DNA from: an uncultured Pseudomonadota bacterium
Lineage (GTDB): Bacteria; Oederibacteriota; Muellerivitia; Muellerivitales; Muellerivitaceae
DNA length: 64,000 nt
Reading direction: 5' to 3'
Assembly: GCA_963836235.1 (NCBI GenBank)
Contig: CAWIIP010000002.1
Span: 1,056,001 to 1,120,000 of the forward strand
Shown here in pieces: positions 1 through 9,431 of the stretch (position 1 is the first letter of the stretch; each line of letters starts with the position of its first letter). Under the pieces are notes generated by a model, which saw only the letters and a program-made list of their open reading frames with translations, ran no database searches and was not told the origin of the DNA. Position numbers and translations under genes: made by a program.

Positions 1-1079
1 ATGCGCACGTATCCAGGGCGGATGAACTTGCTGTAATTTCCGAGGCAATAAAGGCGGGGGGTGGCGGCGCCGGCACTGGTACAAAGCCCCTCGTCGTCGG
101 TGTTGATGTTGACCAGCCACCAGTAGCAGAAGGCGTTAAAGTTATGGTCCACGATGCAGTTGTGAAGCAGGCCGGCGTAATAGATGCCGCTGTCGATGTT
201 GTTGTCACTTGTTTTTTCAGAAATTTCGGTCTCCCAGCTTTCCACTGCGTGTCCGGCGGTGGTGGAGTAGCTGGCGGGCACCGTGTTAGGCCCGCCACCG
301 TAAAGGTGCATGCCGATGAAACCCACAAAAGAAGCCGCGGCCGAGTCGCCCATGGTGGTGGCGGATAGGGTCAGGTTGTCGGCGAAGGATTCGGGCATCA
401 TGATGATCGAGGTGCCGAAGCCCGCCGCTTGGAGGTCCGGACCCAGATAGCTCTTGATGTAAGTGTCAAAATTCGCGGGGGACCAAAGGCAAGCATCGTA
501 ACTGGGGTCGTAGTCAGGTTCGTTTTGCACGGAAAGGGCGGTCAGGGTGAAACCATAGGTATTCTTGCAGGCCGTGACGAAGCTCGTCTGGTAGGCAGCG
601 TAGTTGGAGAAGTCCGCGGTATTAATCTGGTCGGTGTTGGTCCCCGGGTTACCGTTGTCGCTGCCGGTGTTGTTGCCGTCCACGTTGTTGTTGTTCTTCC
701 ACTTGGCGGGCGGGCTCCATTCGGAGCCGAAGACTTTAATCTTTGAATTGATTCCCAACGCTTGGGTAGCGAATGCGCATTGCGTGCCCCAGTTGGCGTT
801 TCCGGAGTCGTCGATTCCAAGGCGGAGAATAGAGAGGCCAACATCGCCGTTGACTTGGTTGGCGGGGGGCTGGCTGGAATCGTCCGCCCAAAAAGTGGTG
901 GCCAGCGAGGACGAGAATGTGTTATCCCATTGGCTGGATGCCCCGAAACCCGAGATCGTTTGATAAGTCGTGCCGGAAGTGACCGTAACGGTTTGCGCCC
1001 ATGCGGCGGGAACTAAACCACAAAACCCGAAGAAGCCCGTGGCCCAAAGGGCACTTTTAATTTTTTTAAAAAATCGCAT
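1..1079 (-). CDS. GH30 (GH30_8-like) xylanase, secreted; runs off the window edge and is absent from the ORF track
   Basis: Manual translation from ATG at 1079 (GAGGA RBS): MRFFKKIKSALWATGFFGFCGLVPAAWAQTVTVTSGTTYQTISGFGAS...GLSILRLGID...SEWSPPAKWK...VQNEPDYDP...HLYGGGP...WETE...LGNYSKFIRPGY. Acid/base NEP and nucleophile ETE present. Paralog of 5959..9150. Confidence 0.88.
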   Translation of the reverse strand, partial: MRFFKKIKSALWATGFFGFCGLVPAAWAQTVTVTSGTTYQTISGFGASSQWDNTFSSSLATTFWADDSSQPPANQVNGDVGLSILRLGIDDSGNANWGTQCAFATQALGINSKIKVFGSEWSPPAKWKNNNNVDGNNTGSDNGNPGTNTDQINTADFSNYAAYQTSFVTACKNTYGFTLTALSVQNEPDYDPSYDACLWSPANFDTYIKSYLGPDLQAAGFGTSIIMMPESFADNLTLSATTMGDSAAASFVGFIGMHLYGGGPNTVPASYSTTAGHAVESWETEISEKTSDNNIDSGIYYAGLLHNCIVDHNFNAFCYWWLVNINTDDEGLCTSAGAATPRLYCLGNYSKFIRPGYVR

Positions 1080-1188
1080 CGAAACTGTCCTCTTGCGGAT
1101 CCGGCGACAACCAGGATCGCCTCATCTTTGGCCTAATAACCCGATAACGTTTTATTAAAAGAGGGCTATTGAAAAAATTCGTGACTGC

Positions 1189-1202
1189 GAAAAGCGCTTT
1201 TC
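1189..1202. promoter_or_regulatory. Palindrome GAAAAGCGCTTTTC, LacI/CcpA-type operator candidate
   Basis: Perfect 14-bp inverted repeat with central CG upstream of the GH30. Similar sites lie at ~49615 (TAAAAGCGCTCTTA) and ~60367 (GAAGCGCTTTTC). Confidence 0.45.
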
Positions 1203-1328
1203 ACGGGACAAAGAAACCCTATTTGTGATGATCAAAACATACCTCCGAAAGGGGGTCTTCACAATAAAGGGATCGAATTAAATAGTACCATAGCGTCAAA
1301 AAAATTGACTTTTATTTCTTAGGACAAA

Positions 1329-1342
1329 TGTAACCGGTTTAA
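1329..1342. promoter_or_regulatory. Operator candidate TGTAACCGGTTTAA (TGWAACCGGTTWCA family)
   Basis: One mismatch from the consensus seen at 9374, 15144, 25016 and 35859. Intergenic, upstream of GH30. Confidence 0.55.
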
Positions 1343-1368
1343 GTGGAAAAGTTTTTCGTTCAAACCTG

Positions 1369-3165
1369 TTAGGGTTTTTGGCGAAATTTCTGAGGTGAAA
1401 TTCCCACCTTTTTGCGGAACAAACGGATGAAATAAGAACTTGAGCCGAACCCACAAGTTTTCGCGATTTGCGACACGGGGAGGCTTCCAGTCTTCAAAAG
1501 CCGGCGAGCCTTCTCCAGCCGCAAGTTTTGGAGATAGTTTTCCAATCCCATCCCCGTGTTTTTTTTGAAACGTCGGCTCAGTGTGGAAATGGAAACCTTG
1601 GCCATTCCCGCAAGCCTGGAGATTCGCAAAGATTCTCCAAAATGCCTGTCGGTGTAATCTTTTATCTTCTGGATGGAATAAGCTTCCGCAAGCGCTCCTT
1701 TACCATGCGTCAACTTCAAAAATTTCTCCATCGCCTCTTTAAAGGCCAAAATCATTTCCTGCGTAGTTCCGGTTCCATCCAATGAAAGCGCCAGGCTTTC
1801 GTAAAAGGCCCGCATTTCTTTTTCACCCAAATCGGTTAGGTTTTTCATGGCCTCTACCAAATGGATAAGCCCATACTGCAAATGCCAGCGGATTTCCTCG
1901 GGGTTTTGAAAAGAAAGCGTGAGGACTTCCCGGAGGAATTCGTCCAAGACTGATTCCATTCCTGAAAATGAAGCCGTTTCGAATTGGTGTCTCAAGTCCA
2001 GCAGTAATCTCCTCAATTTCAGGAGGCCTTCCGTTTTTTCATCGCGGGCCGGACTGAAAAAAACCAGTTTCTTTCCGGATTGCCTTCCCAAGTGGAGGGC
2101 CAAGACCGCTTGTCGGTAGGATTCGTTCAGCAGCTCCCCCGGCGCGACAGTTTCCCCGATCCCCACGAGGGCCGGCCCACCTAAAGTTTCCTCCGCAAAT
2201 TTGTGGATGCGTTCGGCAGCTTCCATAACTTCATGGCGGCGTTGGGGTCTGCCCTTGGAGGGATCGGGAGATATGACAAAAACCGCCCCGTAGTTCTCCA
2301 GTTTGCCTCCGACCGACTGCGGGAGACTTCGGGCAAAAGTAAAACTTCGGCGCTGGAACTGGTAAATACGGAGCATCTCCTCGATGGGATCGGTTTTGCG
2401 TTCGGATGGCTTCACTGGTATGGCCGTGATGACGGTGGTGGGAACGCGGGTGATCCCAATTTCAGATCTTACCCATTCCAGTTCTTGAATCTTGATGTTC
2501 CAAGTCGGAGTCGCCTGACGCGTGGGCAACCCCAGAACCCAACTCATCCAAAAGCTGTGGGGGATATGTTTGGAAAAAACATCAACCATAAGTTCCCTAA
2601 TTCGCATTTGGGCCTGTCTATTTTCTTGATGGGTTAAAATCTGGGCGAAAATTTCAAGGGATTCTTGATAGGCGGAAAGAACATCTCCTTCGAGTACCGG
2701 TATTTCCAACATAACTCTAACAAATTCCCGAAATTCCATGTTTTCCGCGGAAGCCGCTTGACCGGTTAGACCTTTCCAACTTTCGCGCAAGTGCGAATAA
2801 GTTAATTCCCTATCCGCAAAAGCCCCCGACAAAAGTGTTCCTAGCCGTTTTTCCTTCTTGCGAATCGGCATGAAGATGTCGAAAAAACCCAGGTTTTCCA
2901 CCAGAAGGGGTTTTCCTTTATTCTTGTTTTCGAAAGAATTGTCGGTCAGCCGGTTCCATTTGCGGACAAAGTTGTATTTTTTTTCAAAATCGAATAGTGA
3001 TTCCAGTCTTTGATGATGGTAAACGGCCGCCCAGATATCCCGAGAATCAGTGGGGGGAACGACAAAACAATTCAAGTCGACGTAATATTTTAAAATGGAA
3101 AGAAAGCCTTCGTATTCCAAAAGGCCTTCAAAGGGCGTGGAAATCTTGGGGGGCCGAAGCGACAT
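1369..3165 (-). CDS. AraC-family transcriptional regulator (PocR-like sensor, CdaR/GGDEF-like middle domain, AraC HTH)
   Basis: C-terminal LSRRFKKNTG...RLEKARRLL...IAKTCGFGSSSYFIRLFRKKVGISPQKFR; middle LVGIGE...ESYRQAVLAL; N-terminal LGFFDIFMPI...LGTLLSG. Paralog of 9432..11240. Confidence 0.88.
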   Translation of the reverse strand: MSLRPPKISTPFEGLLEYEGFLSILKYYVDLNCFVVPPTDSRDIWAAVYHHQRLESLFDFEKKYNFVRKWNRLTDNSFENKNKGKPLLVENLGFFDIFMPIRKKEKRLGTLLSGAFADRELTYSHLRESWKGLTGQAASAENMEFREFVRVMLEIPVLEGDVLSAYQESLEIFAQILTHQENRQAQMRIRELMVDVFSKHIPHSFWMSWVLGLPTRQATPTWNIKIQELEWVRSEIGITRVPTTVITAIPVKPSERKTDPIEEMLRIYQFQRRSFTFARSLPQSVGGKLENYGAVFVISPDPSKGRPQRRHEVMEAAERIHKFAEETLGGPALVGIGETVAPGELLNESYRQAVLALHLGRQSGKKLVFFSPARDEKTEGLLKLRRLLLDLRHQFETASFSGMESVLDEFLREVLTLSFQNPEEIRWHLQYGLIHLVEAMKNLTDLGEKEMRAFYESLALSLDGTGTTQEMILAFKEAMEKFLKLTHGKGALAEAYSIQKIKDYTDRHFGESLRISRLAGMAKVSISTLSRRFKKNTGMGLENYLQNLRLEKARRLLKTGSLPVSQIAKTCGFGSSSYFIRLFRKKVGISPQKFRQKP

Positions 3166-3290
3166 AATTCAAATTAACACGCTTTGGATCAGCTATGAAC
3201 CTAAAAACGGATTACGACAAACTCGGTTAAGGTAGATAAGGATTGGATCTCTTTAAATCAAAAGCCGGTTTATTGACTTCTAGGAATTTG

Positions 3291-5843
3291 TCACCGAATG
3301 ACAAGCAATTTCGCGATGGAACGGTAACCGTCGACGATAACGACGATGTAATAGACACCATCCGCCAACGGCACCCCCCGTCTGTCGGTGAGCTCCACCT
3401 TTACCGCCATACCCGATGGCACGTTTTGGAAGGTCTCTTCTTGAACTTTCCGGAAGGCTAAGGTGTAAATCTCCACTTGGACATCCTCCAAACCTTGGTA
3501 AGCAGGCGGAAGCACATTGACCATCGGTCCAATAACCGGATTGGGGTAAATCAACAAAACTCGGTTTTCCGCAGGCGTGGGGGTGGCCGACAAGGTCTTT
3601 GTGGGTGTAGTCGAAATTGTTGGAGTATTCGTCTGAGTAAAGGTAAAGGTCGCGCTGTTGGTTCTGGTTGGCGAAACGGTGAGGGAAGCGGTTGGCGACG
3701 ATGAATTTGTCGAGGTAGAAGAAAAGGTGGGTGTGGGTGAAGCCGATGCCGTAACTGTAGGAGACGGGGTTCTCGTGGAGGACCACGTGGGTGTAGTCGA
3801 AGCGGTCGGGGTAGCGGTTGAAGTACCTGTCTTCGTGACTGAGGCCGTCGGGGTTTTAGACGGGGTAAAGCTCAAAGTTGGAGTGATCAAAGCCGTATTC
3901 GTGGGAGTTGAAGTAACTGTGAACGTTCCCGTAGACGTCGGCGTTGTTGAGTCGGTGGAAGTTTCCGAAGGGCTTTCGGTGGCCGTGGAGGTAGGAGTCG
4001 GGCTTAATGTGGCCGTCGCGCTTGAGGTATTGGATGCCGTTGAAGTCATGGAAGATGTGAAGGAAGGCGTTGGCGTAATCAGAAGTGTGTCCGTGGGAGT
4101 CAAGGTGACCGTCGCCGTATAAGTTGTTGTGGAACTGGCCGTTTTGGTCGGGCTAGCCGTAGGGCTATTGGTGGTAGTTGATGTCGCCGTCACGGTACTG
4201 CTGGGGCTGGCTGAGGGTGTGGCTGTCATTGAAGATGTTCCGGTAGAAGTCGGGGTATTTATTAAAGTGTTGGTCATGGTGGCAGTCGCACTCCATGTGG
4301 CAGTTGAACTGAACGTGGATGTAACCGTATTGATCCTCGTCGCGGTAAAGCTGGGCGTATTCAGTAAAGTGTTGGTGGAAGTAAGTGTTGCCGAATTCGT
4401 CGGGGTATTGGTCATCGTCTCTGTGGCACTATGGGTTGCAGTAGCGGTAGCCGTATGAACCTGGGTATTGGTCCAGCTAGCCGTTGGGGTTGAACTAGGG
4501 GTGGCGGAAGCCGTTGAAGTAGAAGTGCTCAAAGGCGTATTGGTTCTTGTAAGTGTAGGCGTTCCCGTGGTCGTAAAAGTCGCCGTAGTTGTTGGGCTTT
4601 GGGTCTGCGTCAGCGTCGCGGTGGCAGTGACGGTTTTGGTTGGCGTGGAAGTAGCGGTATTCATCGGTGTATTAGTACGTGTCGCGGTTGGGCTGTTGGT
4701 GGAGGTGGGGGTTGGGGTTCCAACCGAGGTACATGTGGTAACCACCGCATTATCCCGGGTAAAAAGATAGTCTCGGACCTCGCCCGCTGGAGCGAACCAC
4801 ATGCTGTTGTTCCCCGAAACCGCGAAATTCGTGTTCAAGTAGTTCAGCAGATCCTGAAGGGTTGTTTGGTTGGTGCTGTAGGCGTCGGCGGCCGCTCCGC
4901 TGCCCTGTGAAACGCTGTGGGTATACTCGATAAGCCAGGTGGAACGGCTTTGACCCGCCGCAGAGGCGGCTAGCGACTTCCAGGCTGTATCATCCGTTCC
5001 GAACATCCCGCCCCGCTGGAGCTGGAAGGGCAAAGGGGGCGTATCCACGTAATTATAGGATCCTCCCCCGCACTCCGCGGAGAGGAGATAGGAAGGTGGA
5101 TATCCGGAACAAGTGTTCGCCGAGGAATTCTCGTAAGGAAAAACCATTTGAGTGACGTTATATCCAGGAAAGTATTTCAGCAAAAGGGGCTCGTTATTGG
5201 CCAACTCTGGATCGATATCCGTGGCGGTACCATTGCAGGTGAGTGGGTTGGGGTGGTCGTAGGAATGGTCGAACATGTCCCAGCCCGCCGCCCTCAAGTT
5301 TTGCAAGCAAGTCCAGTTCATAAAATAACTACCGCTCCCGGATGCCCCTCCCCCATTGGCCCAGGAGCCTACAACCGCTTCCCCTGCCCTCCAGCCCAAC
5401 GCGTCCAAAAGAGGTTTACCATAGTCATATTGGGTCAACCGATTGTCGTCAAAGGTAAGGGAATAGGCCCAATGGAAGTTGTTGTAGAGGGTGGCTTTGG
5501 TAGCGGCACCTGTGCCGCCGGAGGTCCAGTTCACGGCGGTGACAACGATGGATTTTCCCGTCGTGGTGAAGGTGGCTGTTCCGGCTGAGGAACTATAGGT
5601 GGCCGAAACCGCGGCCCCATCGGCCGTGACGGCTACCGAAGCGCAGGTGCCCACGTTGACAATCAACGTGATTTTCTCGTAGTTGCACTGGGTAGGAACG
5701 GCTGAATAATTAACCTGCACACAATAAGTTTGGTTGGCCGCCAACCCCTTAGAAGCGCTTACAAAGCACAATAAAAAAAAGCTGACTTGCAAGGCATTAA
5801 AAAAGAAGGGAAGTTTTAAGAAAGTTTTATTGAATTTGTTCAT
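3291..5843 (-). CDS. Secreted polysaccharide deacetylase (CE4/NodB-like) + Thr/Ser/Pro stalk + T9SS-like CTD
   Basis: SLTFDD and DHSYDHP metal-binding motifs. Start placed at ATG 5843 (MNKFNK, GAGGG RBS, signal peptide follows). CTD IYPNP...YTLAFRKV...LADGVYY...KLLVIR. Confidence 0.8.
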   Translation of the reverse strand: MNKFNKTFLKLPFFFNALQVSFFLLCFVSASKGLAANQTYCVQVNYSAVPTQCNYEKITLIVNVGTCASVAVTADGAAVSATYSSSAGTATFTTTGKSIVVTAVNWTSGGTGAATKATLYNNFHWAYSLTFDDNRLTQYDYGKPLLDALGWRAGEAVVGSWANGGGASGSGSYFMNWTCLQNLRAAGWDMFDHSYDHPNPLTCNGTATDIDPELANNEPLLLKYFPGYNVTQMVFPYENSSANTCSGYPPSYLLSAECGGGSYNYVDTPPLPFQLQRGGMFGTDDTAWKSLAASAAGQSRSTWLIEYTHSVSQGSGAAADAYSTNQTTLQDLLNYLNTNFAVSGNNSMWFAPAGEVRDYLFTRDNAVVTTCTSVGTPTPTSTNSPTATRTNTPMNTATSTPTKTVTATATLTQTQSPTTTATFTTTGTPTLTRTNTPLSTSTSTASATPSSTPTASWTNTQVHTATATATHSATETMTNTPTNSATLTSTNTLLNTPSFTATRINTVTSTFSSTATWSATATMTNTLINTPTSTGTSSMTATPSASPSSTVTATSTTTNSPTASPTKTASSTTTYTATVTLTPTDTLLITPTPSFTSSMTSTASNTSSATATLSPTPTSTATESPSETSTDSTTPTSTGTFTVTSTPTNTALITPTLSFTPSKTPTASVTKTGTSTATPTASTTPTWSSTRTPSPTVTASASPTPTFSSTSTNSSSPTASLTVSPTRTNSATFTFTQTNTPTISTTPTKTLSATPTPAENRVLLIYPNPVIGPMVNVLPPAYQGLEDVQVEIYTLAFRKVQEETFQNVPSGMAVKVELTDRRGVPLADGVYYIVVIVDGYRSIAKLLVIR

Positions 5844-5958
5844 GATCCCTCTTCCAGAATCCCTTTCAAAGTTCATTGTGAATTGTTTTAAAAATTTCAC
5901 CAAAGCTGGTATTGAAGGTCGGTGCTTCAGGAAACCCACAGCCGGATGATTCCCTGGA

Positions 5959-8900
5959 TTAACGAATGACCAGCAATTTACCAGTAGAGCGGTGCCCGTC
6001 AACGGTGACAACAATGTAATAGACCCCGTCCGCCAAGGGCGCCCCACGTCGGTCAGTCAGCTCCACCGTTACGGGTTTACCCGACGGCACGTTCCAGAAA
6101 GTCTCATCCTGCACTTTCCGGAAAGCGATGGTGAAAATCTCCACACGTACATCTCCCAAACCTTGGTAAGCGGGCGGTAACACACTCACCGTCGGGCCTG
6201 TAACCGGGTTGGGGTACACCACCACGCCGGAGCTACCCGTCGGACTAGTCGTAGGAGTTTCGGTTGATGTGAAAACAACGGTGGAAGTGGCGGTAACTGT
6301 ATTCGTAGGCGTGTTGGAAGGCGTTGACGTCACCGTTACGATGGTAATCACCGCCCCGGTCACGGGTAAACCGCTAAAGAGCACCGCTTGCCCATTCGTT
6401 CCGGCCCCGTTTGTCACACTGAACTGGTAGTTCCCTGTCGGCGCGCTATTTGAAAAGTTCACCACCACTTGGTAAGTCACCGCACCGTTACTCGGCTGAA
6501 TGGTCCCGTTAAAATTAAAGGTTGCCGTCGTTCCTCCTGTGAAACTCGCGGTAGAGATAACCGTTCCATTGTCCACCAGTGATACGGAAGTGATCCCTGT
6601 GGGAGAAGCCCCCGACTCGGTAAGGGTCAAACTGCTCAAAGTAACCGGATTGTTACTAGGATTGACCAGTTGAATTTGCTGAACTGATACGTTGGAGGTT
6701 CCCGGTATCTGTGAAGAATTGGAGGGTGGGCTTGACCCTTGCGAGGCTTGTACCGTCACTACCGTGGGAGTGGGAGTCAATGTGATCGTGGAAGTGACGG
6801 TATAAGTTGCCGTATTGATCAGGGTATTGGTGGGAGTAGATGTAACCGTTGGAGTCGTAGTTTTAGTTGGGCTATTAGTGAGTGTGGATGTGGCGGTGGC
6901 GCTATTCGTCGGCGTACTCGTCATCGTGGGTGTGATAACCAAGGTATTGGTCGTCGTCGCCGAAGGCGTGCCGGTAGCCGTGCGAGTAGTTGTGAAGGTT
7001 GGCGTCGTTGATGAAGTCGAAGTGGCGGTTGAAGTAGGGCTGTTAGTGGGTGTGGCCGTCAGTGTGTTCATGGCCGTATTGGTCGCCGTAGAAGTAGTGG
7101 TACTGGTGGGGCTGGAAGTCGTCGTATTCGTCACTGTATTCGTTCGGGTGACTGTTGCGGTGTTGGATGGGGTTGAGGTGGCGCTATTTGTCAGCGTATC
7201 CGTCACCGTGGGCGTGATGACCGAGGTATTCGTCGTCGTCGCTGAAGGCGTGCCAGTAGCCGTGCGGGTAGTTGTCGATGTTGTAGTCCCGGATGCGGTT
7301 GAAGTGGTCGTTGCCGTGGGACTATTGGTGGGGGTGGCTGTCAGGGTGTTCATGGCCGTATTGGTCGCCGTAGAAGTAGTGGTACTGGTGGGGCTGGAAG
7401 TCGTCGTGTTCGTCACTGTATTCGTTCTGCTCGCTGTGGAGCTGGAAGTCGGGGTTGAACTGGGAGTTGGCGTCGCCGTATTGGCAACGGTGCTAGTCAT
7501 TGTCGACGAAGCCGTTTTCGTGGCAGTCGCAGTGGGGCTAGAGGTAGTTGTACTAGTGGGACTGGAAGTTTGGGTACTCGTCGGTGAATTAGTCCTGGTG
7601 GCCGTGGGGGTAAATGTGGCCGTATTGGCAACCGTATTTGTGGGAGTAGATGAAGCAGTCCGGCTGGCCGTGGAGGTGGCCGTATTCGTGGGACTATTGG
7701 TGCGGGTCGCGGTAGGAGTCGAAGTCGGGGTATTTGCAGGAGTGTTCGTTCGTGTAGCGGTCGGAGTGAAGGTATTGGTGGAGCTCGAAGAGCTGTTAAC
7801 TCCCACGAAACTCGTCACGCTGGGACCCGTCAGATTGTATGTGAAACTATTTCCCGATACGGCCACGGCGGCTTCCTGGACCAAATTGTTGTTATTGTCG
7901 GTCACCCAAGGAACCACGGAAGTGACGTTGACTCCGTTGAAGGTGAAGGTCTGGCTGGTGGTGCTGCTATTGCCGTTGATAGCGACGATGACGACGGTAG
8001 CCGGAGCGGAAGTGTTGGTGTTTTTATAAGCGGTCACCGAAACTCCACCAGTAGGTACGGTCGTCGCGCCCATGCGGTAAAAGCTCGGGCGCACGAACTT
8101 ACTATATTGGCCCAAGACCATGAGTTTCTTGGAGATACCGCTGGAGGTAATCAGGGCAGAGTTATCGGTGCCCCAAATCCACCAGTGGTGGAAGGCATCC
8201 ATCAAGCCGGTGGTCATGGAGTTGTGGACCCAGCCGGCTTCCACAAGTCCAGAGGTCATGGAATTATCGGGCCCCGCGCCGGAAACGTCGGACATTTCCG
8301 TTTCCCAGTTGTCCTGGTTTGTCAGGTGGCTGAAACCGCCCGAGGAAAGGGAGTTGGGTCCTCCTCCGTATAAATGTCCGGCGATGATATTAACGAAAGG
8401 CGCGTTGGTGGCGTCGTTCATGGTGGTGGCCGCCAGGGGCAAACGGTCGCCGAAGCTCTCCGTAATCATGATCTTGGTCGAAAGTCCCGCGGTCTGCAGG
8501 GCCGAGTGGAATGCTCCGGTGAAAACGTCGAACTGCCCAGCGTTCCAAATCGCGGCTTCGTAAGTGGGATCCCAGTCGGGTTCGTTTTGACAGGAAACGG
8601 CGTAGAGGGTGACGCCAAAACTATTTTGGATGTACTGGATGTAGCGCACCAGGTAGCTGGCGTAACCGGTATCGGCACTGTTGGGGGAGCCTGAGGCCGC
8701 TCCCAAAAAAGTGGCGGTGCTGGTTAAATTGCCGTTGGAGCCGCCGCCGTCCACGCTGTTATTGCCCTTATAAGTGGCTGGGGGTGACCACTCAGTGGAC
8801 CAGATAGTGATGTTGGGGTTGACCGATTTGGCCAGAGTCATGGGGCCCGCTTCGGAGTTCCAGGCCGAGCCGCTGCCGGTATCCGTGGGATCGATGCGGG

Positions 8901-9150
8901 TGCGCATCAGGGAAAGTCCCGCATGGCCGTTGGTGTTATCTACCGCCCAGAGGGTCGAGGCATAGGGGGAAAGATTGCTAGCCGCGTTCCAGGCGCTGGC
9001 CGCCCCGAACCCGCGGATAATTTGGTTGGTCTGGGTCGCGTCCACGGTGCAAGTACCTGCCCAAACTCCGGTAGCGCTTACAAGCATGGTCAGGACCAGA
9101 AAGTTAAAAACGATTTTTTGAGCCACAATAATCCTCAGGTTTTTCGTCAA
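5959..9150 (-). CDS. GH30 (GH30_8-like) xylanase + stalk + Ig-like module + CTD
   Basis: QIIRGFGAA, GLSLMRTRI, EWSPPA, CQNEPDW, HLYGGGP, WETE, GQYSKFVRP. Signal peptide; TTG start. Confidence 0.88.
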   Translation of the reverse strand: MTKNLRIIVAQKIVFNFLVLTMLVSATGVWAGTCTVDATQTNQIIRGFGAASAWNAASNLSPYASTLWAVDNTNGHAGLSLMRTRIDPTDTGSGSAWNSEAGPMTLAKSVNPNITIWSTEWSPPATYKGNNSVDGGGSNGNLTSTATFLGAASGSPNSADTGYASYLVRYIQYIQNSFGVTLYAVSCQNEPDWDPTYEAAIWNAGQFDVFTGAFHSALQTAGLSTKIMITESFGDRLPLAATTMNDATNAPFVNIIAGHLYGGGPNSLSSGGFSHLTNQDNWETEMSDVSGAGPDNSMTSGLVEAGWVHNSMTTGLMDAFHHWWIWGTDNSALITSSGISKKLMVLGQYSKFVRPSFYRMGATTVPTGGVSVTAYKNTNTSAPATVVIVAINGNSSTTSQTFTFNGVNVTSVVPWVTDNNNNLVQEAAVAVSGNSFTYNLTGPSVTSFVGVNSSSSSTNTFTPTATRTNTPANTPTSTPTATRTNSPTNTATSTASRTASSTPTNTVANTATFTPTATRTNSPTSTQTSSPTSTTTSSPTATATKTASSTMTSTVANTATPTPSSTPTSSSTASRTNTVTNTTTSSPTSTTTSTATNTAMNTLTATPTNSPTATTTSTASGTTTSTTTRTATGTPSATTTNTSVITPTVTDTLTNSATSTPSNTATVTRTNTVTNTTTSSPTSTTTSTATNTAMNTLTATPTNSPTSTATSTSSTTPTFTTTRTATGTPSATTTNTLVITPTMTSTPTNSATATSTLTNSPTKTTTPTVTSTPTNTLINTATYTVTSTITLTPTPTVVTVQASQGSSPPSNSSQIPGTSNVSVQQIQLVNPSNNPVTLSSLTLTESGASPTGITSVSLVDNGTVISTASFTGGTTATFNFNGTIQPSNGAVTYQVVVNFSNSAPTGNYQFSVTNGAGTNGQAVLFSGLPVTGAVITIVTVTSTPSNTPTNTVTATSTVVFTSTETPTTSPTGSSGVVVYPNPVTGPTVSVLPPAYQGLGDVRVEIFTIAFRKVQDETFWNVPSGKPVTVELTDRRGAPLADGVYYIVVTVDGHRSTGKLLVIR
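5989..7427. repeat. ~1.44 kb near-identical copy of 11326..12764 (distal stalk + Ig-like module + CTD)
   Basis: Offset 5337. Identical shadow ORFs in the track (6209/11546, 6739/12076). One mismatch seen near 7408. Confidence 0.92.
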
Positions 9151-9373
9151 GAAAACTTTTAATTAAATGAATTCAGGTCTGTAGAATAATACTTCGGAAA
9201 TGACCGAGGTTTTCAAAAGGCCGTTCGAGAACATCGCTTAAACGTCACATCAATTACCTTTTATTTCACCCGGGTTAAAATTCAGCCCGCCGAAGAAAAT
9301 TGCTCGTTCAACCCAAACCGTTCTTTCAAGGCGAATTTGCCCCGAAAGGAATAAATTTTTCTAACTCCGACGC

Positions 9374-9387
9374 TGTAACCGGTTACA
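9374..9387. promoter_or_regulatory. Perfect palindrome TGTAACCGGTTACA, LacI-type operator candidate
   Basis: Intergenic between AraC and GH30; recurrent motif. Confidence 0.65.
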
Positions 9388-9431
9388 TTTTATTGGCTTG
9401 AACGGACGGAAACGGTGCCTGAACGACCGTT

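Noticed and set aside
5844-6047. N-terminal extension of the 918-aa ORF
   Set aside because: It overlaps the GH30 3' end, and the RBS and signal peptide point to ATG 5843.
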